NCBI GenBank assembly: GCA_029953675.1
Contig: JAMWBK010000008.1
Location: 1,860,001-1,924,000, forward strand
Length of the DNA stretch: 64,000 bases
Direction of reading: 5' to 3'
From: Rhodosorus marinus CCMP1338
Lineage: Eukaryota; Plantae; Rhodophyta
Part shown: in pieces, positions 51,838-64,000 of the stretch
How the letters are laid out: every line of letters starts with the position of its first letter
Position numbering within the stretch: position 1 is the first letter of the stretch
Position numbers and translations under genes: made by a program
Notes under the pieces: model-generated
Seen by the model: the letters and a program-made list of their open reading frames with translations, nothing else
The model's database searches: none
Told to the model about the DNA's origin: nothing

Positions 51838-51955
51838 ATGAGCGTGGAGGTGGGGGTTTGGGAGTTTGGGTCAGCCAGGAGGACAGAAAAAAAGTAACGA
51901 CAGAGAGAAAGTGAGAGAGGAATTGCGAGGAGATTTTGCTTCATTGAGCAGAACA

Positions 51956-53829
51956 ATGGCTGACATTGTGGATACAGATGACGGAATTATTACCAAGCAG
52001 GTTGACGACCTGGAGATGGGCTACGAGACAATGGAGACGGGCATGCCGACGATGAGCACCATGTTGGAGCCCGTTCATCTGCAGTGGAAGAACTTGAGCT
52101 ACGCGGTCAAGGGCAAGAATGCGAAGCCGATTCTGCAGCCGATGAACGGCGATGTGAGGCCCGGGCAGATGCTCGCGATTATGGGTTCATCTGGTGCTGG
52201 GAAGACGACGCTGCTCAACCTTCTGGCAGGGAGACTGTCTTCGTCGAACAACGTTGAGACCGGTGGTGAAGTGTTTGTTAACGGTAATAAACGAGACTTC
52301 AAAACTTTCGGAAAGTACGCGGCTTATGTAGAACAGAGCAACAACATGTTCGAGAAGCTTACTGTTGTCGAGCAAATTGGATTCTCGGCGGCCCTGAGGC
52401 TTCCGATGGAGGTAGGAAAACATAGACGCCAGATCAAGGCTGAGGAAATCATCAACGAGTTGGCCTCAAGAACGTGAAGGAATCGATGATTGGAGGTGAG
52501 GGTACTCGGGGAGTGAGTGGAGGAGAGAAGCGAAGGGTGAACATTGGAACGGAGCTTGTGACGAGTCCGTCGCTCATCTTCCTGGACGAGCCTACCTCGG
52601 GCCTGGACTCGTTCAACGCCCTTAACGTGATGCAGTCACTGAGGGCCCTGGCGGCGCGTGGAAGGACTATTGTCACCACGATCCATCAGCCAAGGTCGAA
52701 CATTTTCTCTCTTTTCGACCAGCTACTGCTTCTCTCGAAAGGAGAGGTTGTGTACTTTGGCCCCGCCAACAAGGCGGTTGCTTACTTTTCGCGGCTGGGT
52801 CACGCGTGTCCTCCCGAATACAATCCCGCGGACTTTATGATCGATTTAACTTCTTCGGACACGAGGACGACTCAAAGGGAGCAGGAAACCGCTGAGAGGA
52901 TTGAGATACTGGCTTCGACGTACTTGGAATCGGCGGAAAACGTTGGCATGGTTGACGATTATGAGGAGCCCGATCTGCTGGGAACGAAGGAGGATGGAAA
53001 GTTCTCCAAATACAACTCTTCTTGGACGAAGGAGCTGCGGTACCTGCTGAAGAGGTCGTTCATTTTGATGATGAGGGACAAGGCAGAGAACATCACTCGA
53101 GTGGGCATCTCAGTCATCATGGGCCTGTTGCTGGGACTGATCTGGGTTGGTGTGGGCTACGACTATTGGAGTGAACCAACACCGGACCGGTTGAGCGCTC
53201 TTATTGGCGCCCTTGCGTTCGTCTCCATCAACGAATCGTTCAATGGTGCCTTTGCGGTCCTGTTTGTCTTCCCGATGGAGGGGACGATCGTGTTACGAGA
53301 GCGGGCGAGCAGAATGTACAGGGTATCTTCGTACTTCGTGGCAAGGACGCTTATTGAGGTTCCGAGAACGGTGCTTGTGGTCTTGATATTCACATCGATC
53401 AACTACTTCATTGTTGGGTTCAGGATCGAAGCTGGAGCTTTCTTAGAGTATACGGTGATCATCGTTCTGATCTCGTGGGCATCGGAGAGCTTGACCATTT
53501 GCGTCTCAACGTTCGCCAAAGACGCGCAAGTGGCATCCTCGGTTGTTCCCGTGTTTATTATCCTGGCGTTCCTGTTCTCCGGATTCTTGATCGATCTGTC
53601 GCTCATCCCAGTGTGGCTAAGCTGGCTGCAGTACTTGTCCTGGATCAAGTACGGACTCCTTCTGATCATGTACTCACAGTTCGCCGGTGACGTCAGTGAA
53701 GAACTCGTGCTGGCGCGGTACGGGAATGTTTCCCGGGGAGCAGCGTACGCCGGCTTGATCGCGTGCACAGTTGTCCTCCGTATTCTGGGATATGCATTCC
53801 TCCGACTTAACAAGCCGAAGAAGAGCTAA
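51956..53829 (+). CDS. ABCG/White-family half transporter, intronless, with one apparent 1-bp deletion at about 52462
   Basis: GSSGAGKT Walker A, VSGGEKRRV signature, IFLDEPTSGLD, TTIHQP, NPADF and a six-TM domain with ERASRMY. Inserting one G at 52462 restores ELGLKNVKESMIGG. Confidence 0.88.
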
Positions 53830-55921
53830 ATCGCGATGTCGTGAAAAGTCATTCAAACGGAGCAATACAACGACGCTTCCTGTTCATTATTTTCACTATT
53901 TTTTCGACAGATTTCCTTTCCAAGAGTCGATCTGGGCAAACCTTGAAATTCTGTATCTTAGTTTACCTTTGAGGAAACACAGCTGAACGCAAACTTATTC
54001 GAAGTTCATATCAATGTTGCCGATCCGAAACTCTGAACTCGGATAGCATTGTGGGGGGGATGTACCCAGACACCCGAACTTTGCTAGGGTCAGCAAGATC
54101 ATTAGGCGTTCAAATGGGCTTATAGACGAAAGCTTCTCAGCCTCTATGGAGACGTGTTCATTGATCCCGATCGATGTGTTGGGTTTGTTTCCGTTCCCTT
54201 ACCTATGGAGCCTTGGGCAGGCAGTCGTGGTTTTCATACTGAGCTTGTTGCAAACCGAGAGCGTGAAGAGCAAACAAGCGTGAATATCAACTTTTGCGAG
54301 GTCGATGAACAGCTGAAGATCTGTAAAATTCGATGCGAATGCGTTTTACGGATCTCTTCATACTTGGGTACACACACGGATCCCGTAGGTTACCCCGTTG
54401 GCCTTAGTATTGGAAATCTTAACCCTCCGTTCGGTTCCTGTCCGTTGAAGCCCTTGTTTACCTATCCTGTGTTGGATCATGGCTGGCTTGTAAAAATTGG
54501 CATGCTCTAAAATGGACCCTGTCGTGTAGGGGTCCAGGAAACGTTCGGCTTCTGCGCTTGAAGAAGTATCTCGTGCTTTCTACATTCGATCACGCTGATT
54601 TTCTTCAGATGGTAGACCATTTTAGTGCTCAACTGCCATCGCACTTTCGGCAGCTTCACTGAAGTTCACCGTAGGCCCATTGCGGAAACTATGAGGAGAA
54701 GGACGCGTGGCTTGATATCATTTCATGAACCGAAATTGGAATTTAGGATATATTTTTGGTGTTAAAAAGTCTGCCGGATTGAACTTTGCACGATGTTGAG
54801 GATCAACCCTAAAGAACGAGGGTGCAGTTCGACCAGATTCTGTAACACAGCTAGTCCAGCAAGCACTCGAGAAGGATGGCGCTGAACACTCTATCCTTCG
54901 TTCTTTCTTTTAGTTCCCCGATTTTACATGAGACGGCTGGATACGCGGGGTTAGGCGTATATGTTGGGGAGCATAATAGATCTTGGGCTTTCGCTACAGT
55001 ATGTTTCCTAAGGGAAGCAAGCTCACATTCCCCTTCATGGTCAACTGATAGCCTATGAAAAAGCATCCACCTTTTACTCTTTAGAGGCAAAGGCTCCACT
55101 TCTTTGATACGAAAAGGCCTTGGGCAAGCGTGAGGATGGACTCTGCTCCCATGTCATGATCAAACATATTCGCCTTCCGAGATTTCTAGAGTTGGAACCA
55201 GCTCAGCACAGACCGAGAAGTCCTACACCCCCCCCGTGGAGAAAGTAGCTTACGTCTCAAAATACCCATTTTTACTGCAGAAACTAAAGACGCATCCATC
55301 CCGACGAATTGTTCCCTCAAAAGGATATAGAAAGTCTAGGTTTGTACAAATCGCCCTCCGAATTACATTTAGCCATCACCTACAAATATGCTTAAATATC
55401 TTCATAAATTCATATTAATGACCGATAAATCCTATGACAGTTAAAATGCTTATATTTTACTATAGTACGTAGCATGTGATTACTAGCCCTCTGATTGGAA
55501 ATGCAAATTCGTTCAATTAGTCATGCTGTCAGTTACTCCTTCTGGAAATCCGAAATGGATCGATTCTTTGTATTGTTGAAGAAATTTTGATGTTCAGCAA
55601 TATCGATGTGATGGTCGTGAGGTTCACTGGAACCGAGCAGGATATGCGGGCGGCTGCTCAATATGGTTGGGTCTGCTAGGGTTTCTCTTCCACGGAATTT
55701 TTTTGATTCTGAAGGCAAGGATTTTCTTGATGAAGGAGCGAGATTCTCTGCTGCAGCCGGTTTTTCCGGGAGGTGCGAGGGTTACATGATGGGAATGGTC
55801 TGGAGTAGAGTATAAATGGTGGGAAGAGGCTGGGGGAGGGTGTTGATGGAGGTAGATGCCATCAGAGTAAGGACGGGCAGAGATAGAGTGGAACCTTTTT
55901 TTTACGACTTAACATTGTGCT

Positions 55922-57754
55922 GTGACTGATGTGATTGACAAAGCTGACGGGATTGTGGCTGAGGAGCACGAGGATTTGGAGATGGGCTACGGCCATTATG
56001 AAGGTGGCCTACCTACGATGAGCACCATGTTGAGCCGGTGCATCCGAGCAAGAACGAGAGGCAGATTCTGCCGCCGATGAGTGGCTATGTGAAGCCCGGG
56101 CAGATGCTCGCGATTATGGGTTCATCTGGTGCGGGGAGGACGACGCTGCTCAACCTTCTGGCGGGGAGACTGTCGTCGTCGAAGAATGTTGAGACTGGTG
56201 GAGAAGTGTTTTGTAACGGACAGAGGTGTAACGTCAAAACGTTCGGAAAATACACTTCGTATGTGTAGCAGAGCGACAACATGTTCGAAACGCTTACTGT
56301 TGTGGAGCAGATTAGATTCTCGGCTGACCTGAGGCTTCCGATGCAGGTTGGAAAAGATCGGCGCCAGAATAGGGCCGAGGAAATCATCAACGAGTTGTGC
56401 CTAAGGAATATCAAGCACACAATGATCGGAGGCGAGAGCGTTCAGGGAGTGAGCGGAGGAGAGAAGCGAAGGGTGATCACTGGAACGGAGCTGGTAACGA
56501 GCCCGTCGCTGATCTTCCTGGACGAGCCTACATCGTGCCTGGACTCGTTCAACTCACTCAACGTCATGCAGTCACTGAGGAGTCTGGCGGAACGGGGAAG
56601 GACTATTGTCACCACGATCCAGGAACCCCGGTCGAACATTTTCTCTATGTTCGATCAGCTACTGCTTCTCTCTAAAGGGCAGGTTGTGTACTTTGGACCA
56701 GCAAACGATGCGGTTGCTTACTTTGCGAAGCTGGGCCACCCGTGTCCTCCCGAGTACAATCCCGCGGACTTAATGATCGATTTGACCCCTGCGGACTCGA
56801 GGACAACCCAGAAAGATGAAGAAACTAGTGAGAGGATTGAGATGCTCGCTTCGACGTATATTGAATGGACGGAAAGCGACGATCTACTGGCCGTTTATGA
56901 AGAGCCTGCTGTGCGTGGGCACGAAACATAATGGAAAGTTCTCAAAGTACAACTCTACGTGGACCAAGGGTCTATGGTACCTGCTGAAGAGGTCGTTCAC
57001 TTTGATGATGCGGGACACAGCTCAGAACATCACCCTCGTTGGCATCTCAGCGATCTTGGGTGTGCTGCTGGGATTGATCTGGATTACTATTGGGTACAAC
57101 CATCAGCCCGACCCCACCCAGATCGGTTGAACGCGCCATTCGGCGTACTCGCCTTCGTCGCTATCAACCAATCGTTCAACGGTCCCTTCTCCATCATGTT
57201 CGCCTTCCCGCTGGAGAGGACCATTGTGCTGCGAGAACGTGCCTGCAGAATGTACAGGGTCTTTTCCTACCACGTCGCGAGGACGCTTATTGAGATTCCG
57301 AGAACGAGTCTGATTGTCTTGATATTCACAGCAATCAACAACTTCATTGTTGGATTCCGAGTGGACGCAGGAGCTTTCTTCGAGTACACATTTATTGTCT
57401 TCCTCATCGTCAGGGCATCGGAGAGCCTGACCATCTGTGTTTCAACTTTCGCAAAGGATGCGCAAGTAGCGTCTTGGGTTGTCCCCGTGTTTGTCATCCT
57501 AGCATTCTTGTTCTCTGAATTCTTGCTACCTACAACTAGTACCTGTGTGGCTGAGCTGGCTTTAGTACCTGCAATGGATCAAGTACGGACTGAGTCTGAT
57601 CATGTACTCACAGTTCACCGGCGATATGAACGAGGGCATCGTGTACGGAAACGTTTCGCGCGGAGCTGCGTACGCCGGTCTCGTCCGGTTTACCATTGTC
57701 CTCAGGATTCCGGGTTATGCCTTCCTCCGTCTCAACAAGCCGAAGAAGAGCTAA
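55922..57754 (+). pseudogene. Decayed tandem duplicate of the ABCG gene
   Basis: Colinear with copy 1 but ATG>GTG, a deletion after TMSTML, a premature TAG at 56266, frame changes at about 56910, 57110 and 57530, Walker A K>R, D-loop G>C and H-loop HQ>QE. Confidence 0.85.
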
Positions 57755-58302
57755 AGCTTGACGCAAGGCCTTCGTTGAAACTCACTGACGAATTATTATT
57801 CAATATTTGTTCACTACTCTACTCGTTCTATACAGAATCTGTGCCGGAGTTCATGTCTTGCACTCGCTCAGGAGACTTCTGATGGCTGATGTCTCCGGTT
57901 ATCCTCAACCAATGTACTTAGCCCGTAATGCGGAGCTGAAAATGAAACTCTCCGAAGATGATTAAAGTCGATGTAACTGGACCCGAACTTCGAGTCAGCG
58001 ATTGGCGCTGAGCGAAGTCCGCTTTGCATTGTTTGTACTGATGTTGTGACCTCGACTCGAGAAACCTGATTGAGATCACTACGAGGTAGGGATTCGAGCA
58101 GGAACAGAGTCTACCTTAGTGGATACTTCACAGAGCATGTTTCTGCTAGAGTCCAGTCTGCTACCCCGTCAAGGGAGCTCCCTACTGTTCTGACTGCCCT
58201 TGCGCCAGAGTCAGCGGTTGACCCTAAGGTTTACTATACTATACCATGGGCACTCTGTACTGACCCGTACGATGTTTCCTGACGTCGAGGTGTTCTGTGA
58301 TT

Positions 58303-58712
58303 TATCTTACCAAGAGCTGCTGCATAGCTTCCTGTTTCTGTCAACTGCCACGTACTGGTGTTTCCAGACTATCAAGTTCTAATCGCTTTCATACCAAGCC
58401 GCTGAAACCTCGCTCTGTTCCTCGCAACTGCGACGAATCTGATAAGCCCTTAATCGTTTCCGTGATCGTTCTGATTCTGACAACTACATGTGCTGGCGTT
58501 CCTAAATCTATCAAGGCCTTAGACCCGTTCTTACCAAGCCGGCGGAAGCTCGTACTTTTTTCTGACAACTTCTTGTACTAGCACACACCTAAAACTATGA
58601 AATTGATCTAAAAACCTCTGGACCATTGCCGTGACCGTTCTTACCGAGCTGCTCCAGTGCTCGTACTATTTCTGACAAGTACTTGTACTAGCCATTCCCA
58701 CAGCTATGAAAT
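58303..58712. repeat. Degenerate direct-repeat array (best pair about 58525-58603 and 58635-58712, period 110)
   Basis: ccgttcttacc.agc..gctcgtact..ttctgacaa....ttgtactagc..ctatgaaat occurs twice, with more diverged tcttaccaag/tcataccaag and ttctgacaac copies upstream. Confidence 0.7.
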
Positions 58713-58973
58713 CATTTCTATTGAGCTCTTAGCAATTAGAATTGCTTTGAAGCTGCGCGTATCTCAATGGAAGTTTTGTTTAACCGTTGGAGACCGCTTT
58801 TGATAAGTAGGGATTGACGAGGGATGGGAGGAGGGAGGGGAGTAGGGTGAGGACGGGTGGTGGGTTGGGGTCTGAAAGATTTTGAAGTAGAATTGTATGT
58901 TTGTGTATGAACTATTGAGTATTTGTGTGGCATTTGATTAGGAAGGGGTAAGAGAAAGGAAAAGCTGAGCACA

Positions 58974-60227
58974 ATGTCGAGTCATGGAAAGAAGAAACGG
59001 AGTGAAATGGACGCGATGAATGATCCTGAGTTTGCTCTGGAGATTGCTTTGGGTCCGGCGTCTACTGACCTTAAAGCTCAGGAAAAAGGTTCTGGAATTG
59101 AATTCAAGAAAATGTGCTTTGATGAGAATGTCAAGTATTTGTTCAAGTCCGCTCATCTGTCGGCGGACGACTACAGGATATACGACGGAAAGGGAGGTAT
59201 GTTCACCTGCGGTCGCTCACCAGGGCAGGGGTGAGGGGAATCAACTACCTCCGTGTATGATGATCCTGATTTTCTAACTCGTTCTTGTTTGGTGTTCTGG
59301 TGCCTTGAAAATAGGGAAAATGATCCTTCATAGTCACCATCCAGGGAAGGATCCCTTCGAATCGCTGGACCCGTTGGGAATGGCGACCAACCACCATCCT
59401 TACAACAGGAAGAATAACATGATGCCAACTGGGGAATGGAATGCTCATTGTGATGTAACGGGTTCACACGGATTTCCGAGCTTCAAAATTCGCCCAAAGT
59501 CGGTTTCCAGGCACGGAAGACAGTACATCTCGTCAAAAGACGGCCACTGCTTTATGAATATGTGCAAGCAAAGCAAGCTCAAAACAATGAGTGTTCGGAC
59601 TTCCTTGGACATCTGCGATGGAGATTCTTCCGTACGTGAAGCTATGTCCTCTTATCCGTGGTTGCAGCCTCTTTCAACGCTTGCCAACAGCCCTCCAAGC
59701 CTCTGACTCTTACATCCGTTGTTCATGATTTTTAGGATCCGGTCTACAACGTGCAGACTGATCTAGCTGCAAGGACGGTGGTCGTGAGGAATATGAAGGA
59801 CGAGCAGGTCATGTTCATGCAAAAGTCATCGAAGGCATTAGTTCTGAATGTTGCCACCGGTCATGGCAGTGAGAGTATCATAGAAATCGCCGCGGGATGT
59901 GATGTCACAGCTATGCTAGCGATCGTCTATGGCATCAAGCAGGTAGTGCTGAACCCCAGAGTTCTCGGGGTTGTTCAATAACAACATTATATTGACCTCC
60001 GGAATGGTCTGTCCGTCTAGGTTGGAGAATCCTATATGAAGGACGCAGTGGAGAACTATGTCCTGGATCCTGCTAAAGATCAGGCTATGGATTCAGCCAC
60101 TGGGTATGTAGAGCAGAACTTTGGGACGTTGGGTAAGGCGGCGGTCAAACTCACAAGGGATAGCAGCAACCACGCAACAAAGGCGGCAAGAGAGTACCAG
60201 AAGTTCCATAAGATGTTTTATTCTTGA
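58974..60227 (+). CDS. Tubby-C/LURP-one-related fold protein (tentative); about 3 introns
   Basis: Spliceable exons YLFKSAHLSADDYRIYDG..., FKIRPKSVSRHGRQYI, VYNVQTDLAARTVVVRN..VMFMQKS..ESIIEIAAGCDVTAMLAIV. The last motif resembles the LOR C-terminal strand-helix. Confidence 0.45.
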
Positions 60228-60712
60228 ATGGTTGCACTTTTGCTGTGACAAGGATCACCAACAGCTAGTGCAAAAGCTACGAGCTGCTTAGTTGGAAGAG
60301 AGAGAGCGAGACTTCCCTTTGTACTTTAAATAAGGGTTTTTAGAATAGCATCTCACGAAGCCCAAACGGGAGCAACGAGGATGACCCTGCGCATCCTGAG
60401 AACGCGCCTTCCAATGAAAACAATGAGATGCATGCTAGGATCAACACCGGCGTGTCCCAACACCCCTATCGCCGATTTCTGAGGATAACGTTAGGACGCA
60501 AGATCCCGGGGCATGATCAAGAAGCTGCCGGTAGTTGGAAGTCAGCCAGCAGAAACCCAGTACCACCTTGAGGCGCTCCTTGAAAACACAGAGTGTGTTG
60601 CTTGCCTTCTCCTTCGCGAAGCGTTCCCTCGGATAGTACAGGCAGGCCTCATAGACGGGAAAACATTCCTATCATCGATGCCAAGTACACTGGTCGGCTC
60701 CGTGTCTCAGAC

Positions 60713-61253
60713 CTAATGGTGAGTCCTTGGGCGTCCAAGGCTCGATCTAAACTGGGAACGCTTGTCCGGCGAACAAGGTTTGACATGACGTGGTCGTTCC
60801 TGATTATCGAGTTTGGCGATTTGTCGATCCCATCCGGCTGTCGTCTGCTGGAGATGAACACGAAGACAGCCAGATGGGATCGATGGACAGGACACCGCTG
60901 ACTTCAAACAAGAAATACATTTAACGGGAAACGAAAACAAACTGTTGGGTACCTTAAAATCCTCCTCCAACTCGAAACTTTGAATAGTCCTTGTCGGTCT
61001 TGCCTTGTCTCCTGCTGCGTCCGTTGCTTCTCTTGTTCTGCTTGCTTTGGAGGTCGGGCGAGGGTTTGTAATCGGCTTTACCGTCATCATCACCCCCGCT
61101 TGACTTTAGAATGATCACAGTCACGAGCACCACTACCGGTACAGCAATCGCCGCCGCGATGAGAAGACGTTTTGAGCTTGATTTGGGTTCGTCTGGAATT
61201 TCTTGTGCAGAAGCAATGGCATCATCTGGGCGAGGTCGTAAAGAATAATACAC
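60713..61253 (-). CDS. Unidentified single-pass membrane protein; 3' end uncertain
   Basis: MYYSLR..KRLLIAAAIAVPVVVLVTVIILKSSGG: one TM followed by a polar region and a GT donor at about 60954. Confidence 0.5.
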
Positions 61254-61314
61254 ATTAGCTTCACATGACTCAGAGCGATCTTTTACACCGTGTTCTTTGC
61301 CTGGCGAGCGAGAC

Positions 61315-62271
61315 TTAGGCTCGGACTACGAAATGCATTGAGATGTTCTGCTTACACGAGGCAGTTTTGAGCTTTGGTGCTAACTTTGGGGATTTTTGAG
61401 GGAGTTTACTCTCGGCTACCTCGATGGCCTTCGCGACCTCCTCGACAGATAGACTGGACTTCTGCGTTGGCTGTTCTTTCTGGAATACTTCTTGAGTTCT
61501 CACGACCGCATGAGCGGCCTTCGCAAGTGACGCCATAGTCGTTGGTTTCACTTGCTGCTTAGGCTTGGAGGCTGAGTTTGAAGACGCCCACTCAGATATT
61601 GCTAGTTCTTGTAGATTGGTGGACAGGTACTTCCCGGTCGTAGTACCCGCATGCCAACCAAGTCTCGACTGTGGCCCCGCCTGGGCTGTTAATGCTTCTC
61701 CTATGTCCACGCGATAGCGAAAACTATACTTTCCAGGGGGAATAACAGCTTTCCCCATCCACTGATCTCCAGATTTTTCTAGCTGCACGTCCGCATCGTT
61801 CCAGTTGCCATGCACCGCAACGTGCTTCGCATATGTCACGTCGCTGTAGGTGAACTGCACGGACCCGTCCTGAAGCTGCTTCGCTCCCGAGGAGGATCCT
61901 ATCTGGGAGGCCACATTCTTGAGAGCTGCACCGCCGAACTTTGTACTCGAGAACCGATTAATTGACCGATCCAAAACCTTCACTTCGAGATTCCCTTTGC
62001 TCAACACTCTGCCGTCCAGAGACAGTTCATATTTCCTATCGCCAGTCGGAGCGAACACTATTGCGCGGAGTTTTCCGTCGTCATCAAGGTCAAGTGTCAC
62101 CTTATCCCGCAACCAATCCCCCTTCAGCACTGCCCGTCCCTTCTCCTCACACGAAAACTCACATGCCCACAACCCACTCTTCACACTCTCCTCAAATCGA
62201 TCTGTCCCAAGTTCAACCACACCCAATTGCCTCACACTCATCCTAATAATCTCCAAAATCCACCCATACAC
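61315..62271 (-). CDS. Protein with central CBM48/AMPK1_CBM-like glycan-binding module
   Basis: VQFTYSDVTYAKHVAVHGNWNDADVQLEKSGDQWMGKAVIPPGKYSFRYRVD fits the CBM48 pattern. The start may be the second Met (MSVRQL, 62241). Confidence 0.75.
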   Translation of the reverse strand: MYGWILEIIRMSVRQLGVVELGTDRFEESVKSGLWACEFSCEEKGRAVLKGDWLRDKVTLDLDDDGKLRAIVFAPTGDRKYELSLDGRVLSKGNLEVKVLDRSINRFSSTKFGGAALKNVASQIGSSSGAKQLQDGSVQFTYSDVTYAKHVAVHGNWNDADVQLEKSGDQWMGKAVIPPGKYSFRYRVDIGEALTAQAGPQSRLGWHAGTTTGKYLSTNLQELAISEWASSNSASKPKQQVKPTTMASLAKAAHAVVRTQEVFQKEQPTQKSSLSVEEVAKAIEVAESKLPQKSPKLAPKLKTASCKQNISMHFVVRA

Positions 62272-64000
62272 ATACCCAAAACGCCGACTACCAGATCACA
62301 AGCCCAGCCAAACTCAAAACCTTCATCCCGACACCACTCCCCTCCCTGCTCCCCCACCCCCAACCCCCCAAAAACTCAACTGGTACAGTCACAACCCTTT
62401 TATCCTCCTAAATCAACTACTCACTACAGAGACATCCAGCTCAGATACCTCACCAGCCAACTTCACTGACCACTTCCAAACTTCCTTCCCCCACCTCCAC
62501 CCCCGCACCTCCACGTCCTCGTTCACCAGCCCAGCTCTTCGGGCAAACCCACCCCAATGAATAGCTCCCTCCTCCTCGAGCTCCTTTACTTCCCACCTAT
62601 AAGGGTTTTGCACCAATACCAAAATATCCTAACTTAAGTAAATATTTGACCATAATAATACTCTAAACGGGATTTTTATAGTATTATTGAATAAATATTT
62701 AGGACTGAATGTGGATAAGGTAAAGCCGTTACTAAATGTATTTAAAAAATTTAAAACTTTGGACAGCTGTCCTGTTCGAGATATCTTGTTTCCTTTAAGT
62801 AGAGAGATCATTGCCCTGATTTAAACGGTGGATGACTGCGACTTTGTGTTTGTGTGGAATGAGTGAGTAAGAGCTGGCTTGGATTTAGGGCAAGACACCG
62901 GTAATCTCGTTAGACACTTTACGATGACCCGTACTGATCTGAGTCTAGTTTCCCCTGAAGGCATTGGGGATTTCACTCCGGCACTGATCCCCCCAAGTGG
63001 GGAAGAGCTCGTTTTGCTTTGACAATCGATTCAGTAGGGAAGGTCTTAGGTTGCGTCAGGGGATGCTCGCAACAACTGGCCAACAAGAGAGGGAGAAGGC
63101 TCGAGCTCTCACAAACCGGACTTGGACTGATTCATGGCCTGGACAACTGGGGAACTTTCTCCGGTAAGCCCAGACCAAGGTCCCGTGCGGATCGCAAGGT
63201 GTTCATGATAAGCGATTCATCTGCACCGGAATTGGGGTCGAAACGTCTATGATCGCAGTGGTGTCTCTGTAATCCTTCTCACTACTGCTCCAGTTTTCTG
63301 TAGAGAGACAAGCTTCCCAGAGTTTTGGGGCAGCCTTGATCCGCTTACTCAATTAAGTGTGTCCATTCTTTTGATCATAGTAGTCGTGCAGCGAGATTGC
63401 GGAGGAAACGGTGGAAACCCAATTCTGAGTTTCGGTCCTGCTGCTGACATATCACAGTAGGGGAGTTTTTATCAACTCCGAATGAACAATGTCCTTAGGA
63501 GAAGACCGCAACTTGTTTCAATGAAAGCCATATCTGTTTTCTGTATTAAACTTGAAGAACCATGAGCGTCGACGCATACGCCTGTACGCCCTCGAAAGCA
63601 GTTCATATGCTAGCAGAGCCTTTCTGTGATGATCCACGGGTCGAACAATAAATACTGTGGTGGATCCCCACCGCCGGAATTTGAGACTAGCCTCTCGTGC
63701 GGTGGCTAGATACTGCTTCAGCTATGTCCACCTGGATGTTTCCGATTCAGTCACATGTCATCATCCTCAGGCACGGGAGTCGAGAAAATGCAGGAATCCG
63801 CTCCATCGAATATTGTCTGATCTCGAGAAATTTCCCCGCTGTGACCTGACCGATGAAGACCCTCGCCGTCAAAAACTACGGAAAGGTTGGGTCTCGGTTC
63901 TGAGAAATGTGGGTATGGAAGCTTCCATCTGGCTTACCAGCTAGCTTCTGAAATGCGCTCTTCTCGAGTATGCAGCAGATTCGCGTGAGCTGTGGTGCTT

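Noticed and set aside
62413-62622. Upstream ORF as first exon of the CBM48 gene
   Set aside because: Starts at TTG in G-rich leader-type sequence like that before other genes; not supported.

Overview
Eukaryotic nuclear DNA, gene-dense, with many short GT-AG introns (mostly about 60-110 bp), AT-rich intergenic tracts and G-rich 5' leaders. Several plastid proteins (PSY, IF-1, PSA2-like, GST-like) begin with short transit-peptide-like leaders carrying an early Phe (MAFV, MVAFV, MGLGF, MGMIGF) and no upstream signal peptide, so I infer an intron-rich red alga with a primary plastid. This is inference, not a database result. Recognisable genes: JMJD6, Rdx/SelW-like, Sds3-like, glutamine synthetase II, a PPR protein, a nucleolin-like RRM/RGG protein, a Rho GTPase, PSA2-like, SNF1/AMPK alpha, a CPYC GST-like protein, a mid-SUN protein, phytoene synthase, BolA, plastid IF-1, a DUF4139-like protein, an ABCG half transporter with a decayed tandem copy, a LURP-one-like protein and a CBM48-like protein. 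Best leads: (1) an intron-containing hAT-transposase-derived gene with two BED fingers that appears to have lost catalytic residues (probable domestication); (2) a 644-bp MITE-like element with TIRs, a 7-bp flanking duplication, inverted subterminal TCCGATAA arrays and an internal regularly spaced repeat; (3) an intronless bacterial-type DUF4139 gene (HGT candidate); (4) a membrane-anchored degenerate FkbM-like protein. All family calls come from motifs recognised by eye and exon boundaries are manual. I recognised no tRNA, rRNA or true CRISPR array. Several intervals (about 1.0-1.6, 4.7-5.2, 9.6-11.3, 16.5-17.1, 33-34, 41.3-43, 49.7-50.7 and 63-64 kb) look partly coding but I could not identify them.
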